Shown here one piece after another: positions 49,234 through 62,277 of a stretch of 64,000 nucleotides of DNA. The position numbers and the translations under genes were made by a program. The notes under the pieces were generated by a model. It saw only the letters and a list, made by a program, of their open reading frames with translations, searched no databases and was not told the DNA's origin. The stretch covers positions 1 to 64,000 of the forward strand of contig JBFLGF010000031.1 in NCBI GenBank assembly GCA_050230475.1, written 5' to 3'. This stretch comes from Ancylonema sp. Lineage: Eukaryota. Positions within the stretch are counted from its first letter, which is position 1; every line of letters begins with the position of its first letter.

Positions 49234-52200
49234 CTACCGCCCCCCACCCCCTCCCCGCCCACGCCCTCTGCCCCGTCCTCTCCCTCTCGCCCCCCGTCCA
49301 GCTGCAGCAGCAGCCGCTCTCCCTGCAACCCCACACACAACCAAGAAAAAAAAAAACCTCAAAATTTGTGGTTATATTACTTCAAAACATATATAACAAG
49401 AAGCGCAAATGTACAGACGGAGGTGGTACGGGATAATTTGTGGCCATCCATGTTGGTTCCATCCAAGTTACCCGTAGTGGCCATACATAATGACCCGGGT
49501 TTTTAAAAACGAATTAATTCAGCTTAAAAATCACCACTTGACCCAACCCGCGCACCCAATAGAAAATTTCCCAAAATCTTGAAAGATGTTTATTATATGG
49601 TGACCCACATTGAAGAATGACCCATTTTATCTGAAAATTGAATTATTTAATTTGACCCGACCCACCCTTGTCATAATTATTGAAGGGTCGTTATGTGTGG
49701 CCAGTACGGTATTGCACCTATTGGTTCACACCGCCAGATCAAAAGGAGTATGTAGGCAGTACAGACCGGCGATTCCCATCCCAGGTGCCGTGGTTTGCGG
49801 TGAGGTGGACACATAGGAGTTAGTGAACTACATAGAAATAAAATCTGAGACCAGATGATACGATGGTAGCATGTGCAGTACTTCTTCGGCAATCAGGCTA
49901 CTCAAAATGAGCCCGGGATGAGCCCAAATGAGCCCAGTACTAGTGTATAGAGCCCTTGCGGCCATGAGAACCTAGGTCCCGATATTTGATTTCTGACCTC
50001 AGCTTCCGATTTTTTTTTTTTTGTTTTGTTTTGTTTTATTCTTGCAACTGGCTTATGTGAGTAGGATTAAGGGAAGGAACACTGCGTCTGCAACGCTTAG
50101 GAGGACAGTGGTCTAGGACGGTTCAGAGGACTGTGGTTCTTTTACACCCGTCACAGACTACCCATGGCAAACAGGAGTTGAGTCGCACTACATTGAATCG
50201 ATTCTCATCCTCATCCCCCAGCTTTAGAGGATTTGATCCGATAAACAGATTTGATCCGTTAAACTGATTTGATCCGATAAACTGATTTGATCCGTTAAAC
50301 TGATTTGATCCGGTAACTTTTAGAGCCACGCAGGTGCAGTGACTATCACGTTCACGCGGAAATGTTTTGGAGAAAATTTCGTGGCACTTTCCTACCGGAG
50401 TAGGTCACCAGGGAACTGACTCGTCAGTTTCAGTCACAGTTTCAGTTTCAGTCATAAAACCCGGATATAAGAAACCTAAAAAATGCTGTGGGAAAATGGT
50501 TCTCATGTAAAAATCACAGTTGAAGTGTAAATAAGTGAACAAAAAAAAGGGAAACAACTTCTCATACAGAAGACTTCTTATAACGAAGTTTATTATATTG
50601 GGGTTTTACTGTCTTCCGCATGTGACTGTGACGGTATTTGACAACTGGGTAACCAGAGACCAGAAAAAGCAGATATAAGAAACCATAAAAATCCCGAGAT
50701 GAAGTTTCTTATGTCGAGTGTAACTTGTGCGCGATATACTTTCGTAGAAACCCCCTAGGTGAAAAAGAAACAAAAGGTTTGTGGAAGTGAATATATTCTA
50801 CGACGAGATTTCTTCCACCGAGAGATTTCCAGTTCTCCAACCCTCAGCCTGTATTCACGCGGACAGTTTGTAGTGTACACACCTGCACTCTCTTTCTTAC
50901 AACGAAGTCCAGTGAATCGGGGTTTTACTGCCCGTACCTACCTCGGGTTCTTATAACGAGGTTTCTTATATCAGGGTTTATATTGTCCATACCTGCACTC
51001 GCTTTCTTCGGTTTCCTCGGCGCGTCTTCCACCAACAACGTGTCCAGATTCAGACTGTCCGGCAAGATGTAGTATCGGATGTTGTTGCCGCGGATGCTCA
51101 GGTGGTCCAGCGTCACCGGGTTCTTATTCCTCAGAGTCAGTTTCACCGTCTTCAGGTGGGTGTTCATACTGATGTCCACACCTGGAAGGGGAAGAGAGCC
51201 ACGGGACACAAAGGAGAGGGAAGAATTTAGAGAACATATTTTATTTCTGATGAGCGCTTGAGGATCACAATCGTACACCCCTGAGGGAGGTGTGCTTATA
51301 AGGCACTTGGAGTGCTGGGATGGTAGGGGTTGATTTTGTGGGTGGCTGTTGAGGCTGAGGAGATGGGATGCGGGAGAGGGAAGAATGAACCGAGAGTAGA
51401 GGACTGGGGACAGCAGACTGTGGGGCAGGAGGGGGGGTTCTACTTTGCAGAACACTGAAGAGGAAGATGGTGCGCATGAGAGTGTTTAGAATGGCAGTCA
51501 GGCCACTGACCAGCGAGTAGCGTTACTGAGAACCCAGAGCCCTCATAACCCCCTCCTCAATTCTTTCTTTGGTGCGAATGTGATCACTTTGCCACAACCT
51601 TGGGTTTTGGGTTCACATTTGTCATCAACAGCCACCGCCATGTTCGCTTTAACAGTCATATATTTGAACGAGTCTTTTTAGCAGTTTAAAAATAAGCACA
51701 CAGGATGCATTACTGTCCTTTATGAGGGGATGAACGAATCGGTCCGAGAGCAGCCCCTGTGGTGGGCCAATATAGAGAGACAGTCTAGCTTCAAAGACAC
51801 ATTCGTCATGGAACTCGACACAGGTGATAACTTCGTGAAGTAACAGCATGGCAGCTGGCTTTGGTTGGATAATAAATAGGTGAAATACGTCACAGGCTTC
51901 GCACTATATGATGCAAATCAGTTCGTGAAGTCATGGATTGAGCACAATTTCATGTGTAATTAAAAGCGTATGCATTGTTGCGGCGAAGGGGCGAACCTGT
52001 TATTGTGCCGTGAACAACCGTGCCATTCTTTAGCTCGATAGACACCGTCTCGTTGTTCAGCTTCATCAAAAACCTGAAGTACGGGGGGAAGGAGCAAGGA
52101 AAGGAATTTGTTACCCCTCGACCTCTACTAAATGACAACACTGCCCCTCCGATACTTTGAGCAGACACTACAAAATGCATGCGGTTCTTCTGTCCACCCT

Positions 52201-52590
52201 AGCCGAGCTTCATTCCAGCCATGTGCGGTGCGGTTGACCAGGAGATGTGCAACCTGACTTCCAATTGCCAGCTGGCACGTCATTATCTTGTGAGGAAAGG
52301 GTTTATGAGGACCTTATCGTCAAGTTCAAAGACGTCAAGCTACGTTCGAGTTTCTGAAACGAAACTTCTGGGCTAATTATGTGACTCATATTCAAAAGAT
52401 ATTACAAAAACAGCAGAAGTTAGTGGCCGGCAGACAGCATCGGGTTGAATTGTCGCCAATGCCAAGACTGAAGCTACTTCCAACCCGAGAGAGTCTTCGA
52501 ACCCCCATCCAATTTCCATTAAAATTCTACGTCCACTTTTGTTCCTTGACCAGCTACAAAATTTGCGGAGACTTACCTGACGAGCTTCAT
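49234..52590 (-). CDS. SmD1: Small nuclear ribonucleoprotein Sm D1, 4 coding exons
   Basis: Exons 52590-52577, 52073-51997, 51181-50993, 49322-49234. Protein reads [23 protein letters not shown]...[21 protein letters not shown]... with a GR-repeat tail. Confidence 0.96.
50231..50311. repeat. 18-bp tandem repeat (ATTTGATCCGWTAAACTG) in an SmD1 intron
   Basis: About 4.5 adjacent units. Confidence 0.85.
50449..50611. mobile_element. pogo-like MITE related to 688-866
   Basis: Imperfect TIRs TAAAACCCGGATATAAGAAAC / GTTTATTATATTGGGGTTTTACTG. Confidence 0.5.
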
Positions 52591-53417
52591 GGCGACAGAA
52601 TCCTGAACTCCCAAGAAAGCTCCTCGCGCAGACGAATAAAAAGTTCAGATTTTTTCCTCTGTGACGTAGCGAACGTCTCCAAAAAGTCGCAAGCTCAATC
52701 AATGGATCGAGATGCTCTTGCCTCACAGGCCCATAACCAGTGTAGACCTGCAGAAAAGCTACAAGCCAAGTCAGAGCAGCAGTGGGTTGGGGTTCTGGCT
52801 GGCCTACAGTAAAACCTGTCTAAATCATTAATGTCATGTAAAATATCCTGTTTGGATTAACGAATAAATTCCCCGACGAACTTTTTTTTCCCCAAAATCA
52901 TTCCATTTGTTTTCCCCCCGTGAGAAACCTGTGGGATTTAATTTAACAAAATAGTTTGATGACTATATCGAGAGCTGCATACCATGCGTGCGTGGTATAA
53001 AATTGCGCTCAATTTGCGCGAATATTTGCGCCCATACTTGGTCGGAGCGGAATGTTCACCAGGTTTCACTGGGGGAAGGGAGCCGTTTTCCCTTCAGAGC
53101 TTGCATGGATGCGGACTAACATGAGTGGGAGTATTGGTGCGCATCTATAGCTCGGTCGGCGTCGGATCTTCCTTATCGTAACCGTTCTTGGAATATAATT
53201 TATTCATTCTATTGCCGTGGCCCTTGCATTGCCAAAGAAACCGAGAGTTTACTTTTGTTGTTTTAACACATGGAAATAAGTGGAAAAGTACCAGCTGCAT
53301 GACCACGAAATTTAGATATGTGATTGAAATGTTTGAGAGTGCTCGGTTCAAGCGATCAGCTGCCCTGGCATCGCGTCCTTTCAGCGCATGTCCTGAGATT
53401 TATGTCCCGCATCGCTC

Positions 53418-56400
53418 ATGAAAATGTGAGTGTGCTCTCACAATCTGTCATATGTGGCATATGTAAAAGGTTTTGGATAAGCCGATCCATACTTGTGCGA
53501 ATTCCCGATTTTCCCCAGCTCAGAAATGATATCTTATCATCGCAGACATCAGACCAAGTAAAGGGGAAATAAAGGAATAAAAATATTTCGAGTGTGTCGT
53601 CCAAATTTGATGAAATTTGATGAATTTGAATCTCTCCAGTCCTTACTCACATCAGAACAATTTGGTAGCTTTGAACTTTGTCACTTTTCGTTGTTCTGCC
53701 ACCATCAGCGCCTATTCTGGCGCTGATGTTGGCAGCATTACATAATCCAATTACAACCATTTTATTATTATTTTAGTTTTTGTGAAACTTCAGACTGATA
53801 TAGGTCTGATGTACAATTTTATTTTGGCACCATTAGGTCCATATCCACTAGTTAACACAATACGCACAGGTCTTGAATGAGCTTCTTTTCGTCTTCATGC
53901 ACTTTTTTTTTCTACGCTTGAGGTATGCATGAAACATGTTCTCTGCTCGCACCAAAAGTGACATAGAAACTACGAACCGAGGCGGGCCTTCTCGTCATCC
54001 ACTGCTTAACAGCACAGAGCATGTCCATGTCATGTCATCTTTATGTCTTCTTGTGTCATCGTAAATTTAGGATTCAGGAATCAGCATTCAGTGCTGATAC
54101 ATGTTTCAAGGAGTGACACCCATCGATGTTTTTTTTTTTTTTTTTTTTTTTGGACTGTAAAAAAGTGAAGCTCACAAGCTCCACTGCCTCACTCGCACTC
54201 GTCACACAGCTCAATTTTCTCTCTTCAGGCCTTACCATTCTATACTTATTTTAAAAAAATGTTAAAAAAAAAGGAAAAAAACAGAAATCCCTCAACTCGT
54301 CCCTGCAGTCTCCCAGGCTCTTCAGGGCTTCTGACTAATTTTGAGGTTTTCGATCTGCTGCGCACACGAGGAGGGGTGGTACCTGGGGTTCAGAACCACG
54401 AGGAGAAGGAGGAGGTGTCCGGACTGCAAGCATCGGAGGTGAAGGTGCGTCGCTGAACAACCGAGGTTATATGTGGAAGACTGAACAGTGGTTAGGTTAC
54501 ACGGTTTAGTTATACGTTTAGGTTACACGAGTATGCGACATTTTATCACAGTTTGCAAAGGCGCCTGTTTCTACATATATATTTTCGAATTTTAGTATAG
54601 TGCCCCCTCGATATAACGACCATCGGTATAACGACATTTTTTTGGAACTTTTTTAAAATCAATATGAAATCGCCCTCAATATAAGCATAACGACTCTCTT
54701 TAAATGACAAATTATCTCAGAGATTTGTTACCGAATGTCGTTATACTGTGTATATAACGCTATTGCTCGTAGATAACGATGTATGGAAGTCGAGAAAAAT
54801 ATAGAACGGCACCTCAAATTCTATATAGAATTCTTATATAGGTCCAATAGAATGTGCGTGTCCGGTGTTGCTTTGTGTAACGACCTTAATACCTCCCCAA
54901 CTCTCGTCGTAAAATTTTGTAGTATATTTAGTCCATCCGCATGTATTGGCATTATGACGCACTTGTATAGCTCGTATATCAATACACACGCTGAATTTAA
55001 TCATCATGCCAAGGCAACTTACTCTAGGAAACACATAATAAACACATTTGCTTTTATTCACTTCTTCATTCGCAAAGTCCCTCGATACAACGACATCGAT
55101 TTCAGATTATAGTAGTAAATGTCGTTATACAGTGTATAACGACACCTCGATATAACGACACTTTTATGGATTTTTTTTGTGTCGATTTATCGAGGGAGCA
55201 CTGTATCGTTTCCCGGAAGTGAAGTGGTTGTGGAATGGAAAGGTAATCCGTAGCCTATTATTTTTCTGGATTCGAGAGTGTGCAAGATATCACTTGAATC
55301 TATTTTTTTCCTCCTCAAAATTCACTTCAGAGTCTGGAATTACTCCTCAAAATTTATATGAGATAGGAGAATATGTCCCCCTCAGACCTCACTATGACCT
55401 GACGAAGACATTGGTGACGATGCACTTTTAAACCCATTCTGTATACAAATAATAAACATAGTATATATTAATATAAATTAACTGTGATATAATACGATAA
55501 ATGTTAAACTAACTATATTGATGTTTTATACATCTAATATATTAGAAACTATTATCGTTTGTATCAAAAAATAACATTAATATTACATTCATATGTCACC
55601 ATGGATGGCTCCTTCATTCTCAATTCTGAATGAAAACGAAATGTATGCACCTTGAGAACCTCACGTCGACTTTTGACACTTCACATCCATTCACATCACT
55701 TTCATGATGTACGAGTTGTGTGGGGTCACATCTCCTACTCAGTTTTATCGATTTCAATGAGTATAAGTTGTGTGTGTACGCAGTCGTTTCAATTCTCTGA
55801 CCCACAAAGGCAGAGCGTTGATCCTTGAGCACTCCACATTTGTTGCTCTTTGGATACACTTATCTCACTAAGCTTCAATTGTCGGATCCGGGTCCTTCGG
55901 TTCTCTTTGATTCAACGGTTGCCTCATTGGTTGGCTACCCGATTATCATCGGTTACCGCCCAACTGTATTGGTTGGTTGCCCTCTCAAACCAGTTGTTTT
56001 GTTGGTAACTCGTGGAATTTGCAGGTTCTCGAGTACCTTCAAACCACTCCCGCGAGTCTGCAATCTCGACAAGTGATCGCAACGTGCTTGTCCGGGTTAG
56101 AGCCCTTCAACTTGCTGAAAGCGGAGAAACTTCAAATCTTAAACTTGAGACCCACGACTGCGGTGGAGGCCCACCTTGTGAGTGTGCCACAACCTCTACT
56201 CTTTTCTTTCCCCTCGGAGGTTTGGGTTCGTTATAACGAGGTTTAGGTTCGTTATAACGAGGTTTGGTTCGTTACAACGAGGTTGGGGTTGTTCATAATA
56301 AGGTTTGGGTTCAACACGACAAGGTCCGGCAATGCTATAGCGAGGTTTGGTTTGGTTTCCCCCATAGATTTGAGTCCAAAAAGCCCTCACTGCGTTCACA

Positions 56401-56774
56401 ACATTCCGACACGTGCATTAGGTTGATTTTGTCAGGGGTATTGTTTACAACTGTCCACGTACATCGTTGATATTGACATTGATATTCATATTCATATTGA
56501 CATTGACATTGATATTCATGTTGATACGAATTATATTTATTGATTCATGCTTTGGCGGTTACAGCTTGTAGAAGAATGCGATGCTCGTTTGTCGGAAGAG
56601 CAAGTGGAGGAGTTGATCGTCGCTGTCACCGTGTCCCTTCCCGCACCGCCTGAGCGGGAGGTGGAGGAGGAGGAGGAGGGAGGAGAGGGGGTTGAAGGAG
56701 GAGGGGAGGAGGGGGAGGGTGGCATGGAGGAGTTGGGAGAGCCGGAGTTGGGACTGGAAGAGGGAGTTGAGTAA
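53418..56774 (+). CDS. RPC9: RNA polymerase III subunit RPC9 (C17/CRCP), 4 exons
   Basis: Exons 53418-53425, 54309-54444, 56025-56177, 56565-56774. Protein reads MKILPGSSGLLTNFEVFDLL...VLEYL...LLKAEKLQILNLRP...VEECDARL. Confidence 0.9.
54598..55203. mobile_element. pogo/Tigger-like MITE in an RPC9 intron
   Basis: TIRs TAGTGCCCCCTCGATATAACGAC / GTCGATTTATCGAGGGAGCACTG; TA on both flanks. Confidence 0.8.
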
Positions 56775-59139
56775 TAAACAAATTATCGATTTTTTTTTTC
56801 CAAGTATTTTCTTATTTTGGTTACCGTGTGATCTCCGTTTTACTGTTATTGAGATAGTGGTAGCCATTCATTTATTTTTTCGATGCTGTGCCACTTTCTC
56901 GCTTCTTTATTTTTTCTCCTATTCACCCTCCTCCAGGTGGGTTATCCACCTCTAATTTGGTTATCCCACCTCCAATTTGGTTATCCCGTTCTAATTTGGT
57001 TATCCCACCTCTAATTGGTAATGTAGCTTCTCCCATCACCACAAGCCTTTCTTTTATAACGAACTTCTCGCTGCCGTCAATGATGTGTCATGCAAACAAA
57101 GTGATGCGGAGATTTGGCATGAAGGTAACTTGACATATGGCAACGAGGACAATGTTATATCATTGTACAACACAATAGAGATTTGAGACATGGGTTCTAG
57201 CTGTAGCGTATTTTTAGTATTTGAGCATTTTGGATTTTGGAGGGCAGTAAGGTATTTGGGAGGAGGAAGGACATCTTTTGAACCGCGAGTTTGTGGGCTC
57301 TCGAAGGGAAAATGAGAAAATAATACAAGGTCACAGATATCAAATCATGCAGTTTGGTCGAACGATGGTTTGATCGATGGTCAAGGTAAAATCGCCCAGC
57401 CACTCGACCTAAGCCAGGGACACCACTATCTTGCTACCACTCATGTTGTGTCAAACTTGGAAAACAGAATCGTGCATGGTAATGTGCGTTATTCCGCGTA
57501 CCTATGTACCGTTGAAAATTGCGCCTGAAAGTTTGGTAGCCGGTCAATATGATGCTAACGCGAATTTCAAAAAACCACGCGCCATGGTACAACAATAGTT
57601 GTGCGTTGATGGGCAAACGGCATTTCTTCGACGAGTTTCATGGTTGATTATCTAATATGGTCTAGGTCGATGCATTTCGGTTTGAGCACTGCATGGCGGA
57701 TCCGTCAAGTGCGAATCCAAAATCACCCCAACCGGCAAAACCAGATTTTGAAACCCGAGGTCACGAGATCGAAGGCCGCCACAGTCCGAGATGCGGACCG
57801 GAACAGACCGCATAGTTCTGAGGTTTCATTTTGGCGGGCAAATTTTTAAGCGAAATTGAACAGACCGTGAAGTTCAACCAACACATTTTCTTGGCATAGT
57901 AATACCATGCACAAAACCCATTTATGTACGAAACAAACGTTCCAGGTAATGTTTTTCCACGGAAAATCTCTCCATATCCCAAAAGAAAATCAGAAGGCAC
58001 CCTACAATCGCTGGTCCAAGGTTTTGGTGTCGGAGTTTGGACCCCAGTCCGAGATGCGGACCTAAAAATACCTTGTTTGGAAGGTTTGTACAACTATGCA
58101 TTTACCTGAATCGTGAATCTGCGTTCTTATGAGGTATTTGAGTCATCGAGTCTGCCATTACGTCCCGTTTGCATTTGCATCATCATATGGTGTGTGGCGG
58201 CACAGTGGGCAACCACTGCATTGTTGGGAATGTGCGCGAAAGCTAAGGTAATTCACGAAATCACGACAATGAAGTTCCGTACGATGTTTGACGATGTAGC
58301 GGGCTTTTTCGGGAGCGAAATGGATGATGTAGTATTGCCCTCGTGTAAAGAATCGCCCTCGTGTATCGTTCAACTGCAAATCAACGATGGGGTGTAAGTA
58401 TGTGCAAATGGAAATGGGGCACAATGGGGAGGTGGGTCGGCTTAAGCCATAGTTGAAAGGAAACCACCCGTGGTCTGAATTTCGTAATGGCAACTTTACA
58501 CGTGGATTGGGATAAAAGGTCCTCGTGTGTGTGCATGTATGGACTAATGCATGTACACAAATCATTGCAAACACGCACAACGCATCATACACCCGGCCAT
58601 GCCCAACTTTTATATTGCGTACACAATTTCCCAAGGAAGCAATTGAGAACGATCTAAACCGATAATTGATCCTGAGAACAATGTTTTGCCTATTGTGTAT
58701 GTTCAAACCTACTCGAAGTCTGTTGTAAAGTTTGAAAACACTTTTTACATGTAAAATATAATCTACACCATGCGTTGACTTACACCTAAACATGATGCAA
58801 TCCACCTCACAATTGATCACAACCAGCTCTGGTGTGTGCACGTAAGCAAAAGACACACATGATTGTCCCCATCTTCCCTTTCTACACTACCTCTACCATA
58901 CAGCATCCGTCAACTCAATACACATATGTCACACACAGCGCCAACTCCCTCTAAAACTAACCACCCCTCGATTTCCGTTTAGCTCCCTACCCAACTCTCT
59001 AGCATGAAAGACCAACTATGGTAACAGTCAAGACGGCTTGAATCCACTCCCTACAATGTACAAAGAGTCACATTCAATGTACAAAGATTTCTACACTATA
59101 CAGAGAACCCTAAACAATGTACAAACTCCATTCAATGGA

Positions 59140-62100
59140 TCAGCTCTCACCCTCTCTCCACTTAACCTCCGGCGAGCGTGCAAAGAGCAGTGCACTCCCC
59201 GTCACCCCGCGGAGAACCATGAACCGCTCATCCAAGAAACTCACGCACGCGATGCACGACACGTCCACCATCTCCTTGGGCACTTGAATCATCATCTCCC
59301 TCAAAATATCGACGGCCACACCCTTGTGCTCCTCGTTGCTCAGCTTGAGCGACACATCCGCTCTCCCCACCGACACTCCCACCACTCTCATTTCGGTTAA
59401 CCGATTCTCGCCCCCGCCCCCATCCATCCGCCCTTCCTCCCTGGCCTTATGAGAAGTTGATGGTGGGGCACTGGAACTTTCACTCCCCTCCCCTTCCCCA
59501 TACATCGTCATGCTTGGACTCCACTCTAAGTTACTACACACCACCTCGAATCGCGCTCTGCTCCCGATTTTGGTGAGGGGCCAATCCGCATCTTTTGGCA
59601 TTACGAGGAAGGGAATGTCCACTCTCAGAGGAATGGGAGAAATAAAAGGAGAAGATGTAGGAGGAGAAGTAGTAGAAGAAAAAGCAGAAGAAGAAGAAGG
59701 AGACAAAGAAGAAGAAGAAGACGAAGAAGAAGAAGACGACAAAGAAGAAGAAGAAGAAAATGAAGAGTTCCCCCCATTTTCTTCTCCTTCTTCTCCTTCT
59801 TCTCCTTCTTCTTCTTTGTTCACCCGCACTGTAATCGTTGCACACCCAATGAGCACAGCCGGCTTCCCCTGCCTCCACGTCCTCCCAATGTGTCTCCCAG
59901 TGGCATACACCAACCTCCACCGTCCGTCCCCCAACCCCTCCACCGTCCGCACCGTGACGCCGCCCCCCCCCCGCTCCATCTGTCCAATTAGACCCCGCAG
60001 ACGGAGGCGCTGGGGGGAGAGGTAGATGTACTCCTCCACGATGCGAACCGCTGCGGACCCCACCGCCCACGAGGGGCACATGACGCGTGGCAGATCCGTA
60101 CGTCGCCAGCGGGGCCCGCATGTGAAGGGGTGGCGGAGGGCTTCTTGGCAACTGCACACATGCACACGAGGTGTGGGATACCCCACCTTGCCTTTCGTAT
60201 ATATGGTATGGTATGGTATGATATGGTATGGTATGGTATGGTATGGTATGGTATGGTATGGTATGGTAGGGTGTGGTATGGTATGGTATGGTATGGTGTC
60301 CTCTCTGCATTGGGCCCTTTTGGCAGTACTCACCCTCTTTGTGGGGGCTGGTTTGGTCCTACATGTAAGGTGTGCCTTTGGAGGGGGGGGGGATGATTAT
60401 ACAGGCTTATATATATTGCCGTTTCGGAGGGGTTGCTGAAAATATTACATCAGGGGGGGAACGATGGAATGCGTGGCCGGTAGTGTTACCCTCCCCTGTC
60501 GTCACCTGATTCGCTGCGAGACATCGGTTTGAAGGAGGGCAGCCAACAGATGCCACCCCGCCCCGCCGTCCCTATCAAGAATCTGAACAGTCACAGAGAC
60601 AAGATCCGCAGAGCATCAATAACCGGTTACCGGTAACCGGTAACCGGTATCCTCCACCCGATTACGGTTACCCGTATACCTGTAGAGTGAGCCCTCCCTG
60701 GGGGCACAACCGGCCCATGATCGGCTTCAGATACTCCCTCAGCCCAGCTGGGGGGTGGCCCTCGTGTAGATAGGCCTTAAGGGCCGGGAAGATGACAGGT
60801 GGCAGCACCATACGCGCCAACAGCACGCCCACACTCCTGCTCAGCGCCCCCCACCCACCTATCAGACAAGTGTCCGACACCCGTCAGGTACCCATGAGGA
60901 TGACTAAGTCCAGCAAGAAAAGGAAGGGGGCGGGTGGGGGGGGTGGCGGGGGTGTGGGGGGTGGGGCCCACTTGATGTCGTGGCCAATCATGCGTTCCCT
61001 CATGTCGACTGTACGGAATCGCACGGCCTGACCGAGGATGGGCGCTTTCACGTGGCGGTCCGCCGCGCTGACGTGGACGTTTTGGAGGCGGAGATCGAGG
61101 TGGGCCATCCCCCGGCGGTGGACCTGGATGAGCCCAATGAGGACGTCGCGGAGGATGAGGCGGAGTAGGCGGCGCTGGCGGTCTGCCATTGGTCCGCCCG
61201 TGTGAGGGTCGCCCACACGCTTGGGGGCCTCATGGGAGAGGTCCAGGCGGGATTCGAGCTGGGGGACCCAATCAGGGCGGAGGAGCCAGAAGAGGAGGGA
61301 GAAATTCCCGTAGTACTGGAAGCAGCAAGGGTACGGAAAATAGAGGGAGTGAGAGATTTTCCGTACGATTCCGTACGATTCTGTACTAGTGGAGGCGGGG
61401 AGGGGGTGCTCACCCCCTGGACGAGGGTGAGGGGGGAGTCGGGGGTGGGGGCGGGGGGGATGAAGCCGTGAAGGTGGGCGCCGTAGGGGCTGCGCTGCTG
61501 CAACCAAGGGGTGGCCTGCAGAGCGCGCCGGCCGCGGCGCTGGGCGCCGACGCCGCGCAATCGGCGGAGGACCACGCGGCGGCCGCGGAGGGGGCTGGTG
61601 GGAGATGGGGGGGAGGGTGGATTTCGGGGGCGGTGGATAGCGGGTACCTATGGGAATCCGTACGGGACCCTGGCCAATCCGTACGGTACCTGGCATTGTT
61701 GCGAACCACTCCTTCGAAGACCAACTCGCCGCTCTGTAACCACCCCGGAGTGTATTTGGAATGTGTTAACTATACGGGTGGGTGGGGAATGTGACAGGAT
61801 GTGAGAAGAAATGGAAGAAAGGCGACGGCTCTTTCTGGTCGATGTCGCTGTCGAAGCGACGATATTTTATGAGAACATTGCTGAGATAACTAGGGATCTG
61901 GACGTCGCAGACAGGGGGCTCACCTTACCATGTAATCCCACGCTGACATGTGGCAAAATGTGGAAATCCGACTCTTGAAATCTCAGAAATGGTTGACAGG
62001 ATCCAGGGCGTTTTGCTGCTCCAGCACAGTGCGTTCGTTCCATTCCGACCCCTGTCCCCTCCGACTGGGAGTGCACATAAGTCGACCGCTTCCGAACTCT

Positions 62101-62277
62101 CTGGTAAATTGCACTCTTCACTTGGCGTGTGAAGGACAAGTGCAGTCTATGAATTTTACTACTTGCCAGAGACATCTGTAAAGTTGCAGAATGTTTATCT
62201 TGAGCCTGGAAACTCATCGCTTCAGTGTAAGTCAGGAAACGCATGTCGTGTACAGGTGCAACTGGCAAAACATTCAT
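59140..62277 (-). CDS. Plastid kinase-like plus fibrillin-domain protein (FBN11/PAP14/ORG1 type), ~7 exons
   Basis: Motifs HVSVGLHGK, ELVFEGVVR, GMAHLDLRLQNVHVS..DRHVK, ILDRDGGAGWHLL, ALRHPFTCGPRWR, GSAAVRIVEEYIY, GRWRLVYATGRHIG. Start codon uncertain (62277, 62244 or 62218). Confidence 0.88.
60201..60297. repeat. (TATGG)n microsatellite in an intron
   Basis: Directly visible. Confidence 0.92.

Noticed and set aside
50231..57015. Short tandem arrays (50231-50311, 56228-56300, 56935-57015) as CRISPR-like repeats
   Set aside because: Units are adjacent with no unique spacers, no cas genes are present, and the context is eukaryotic.
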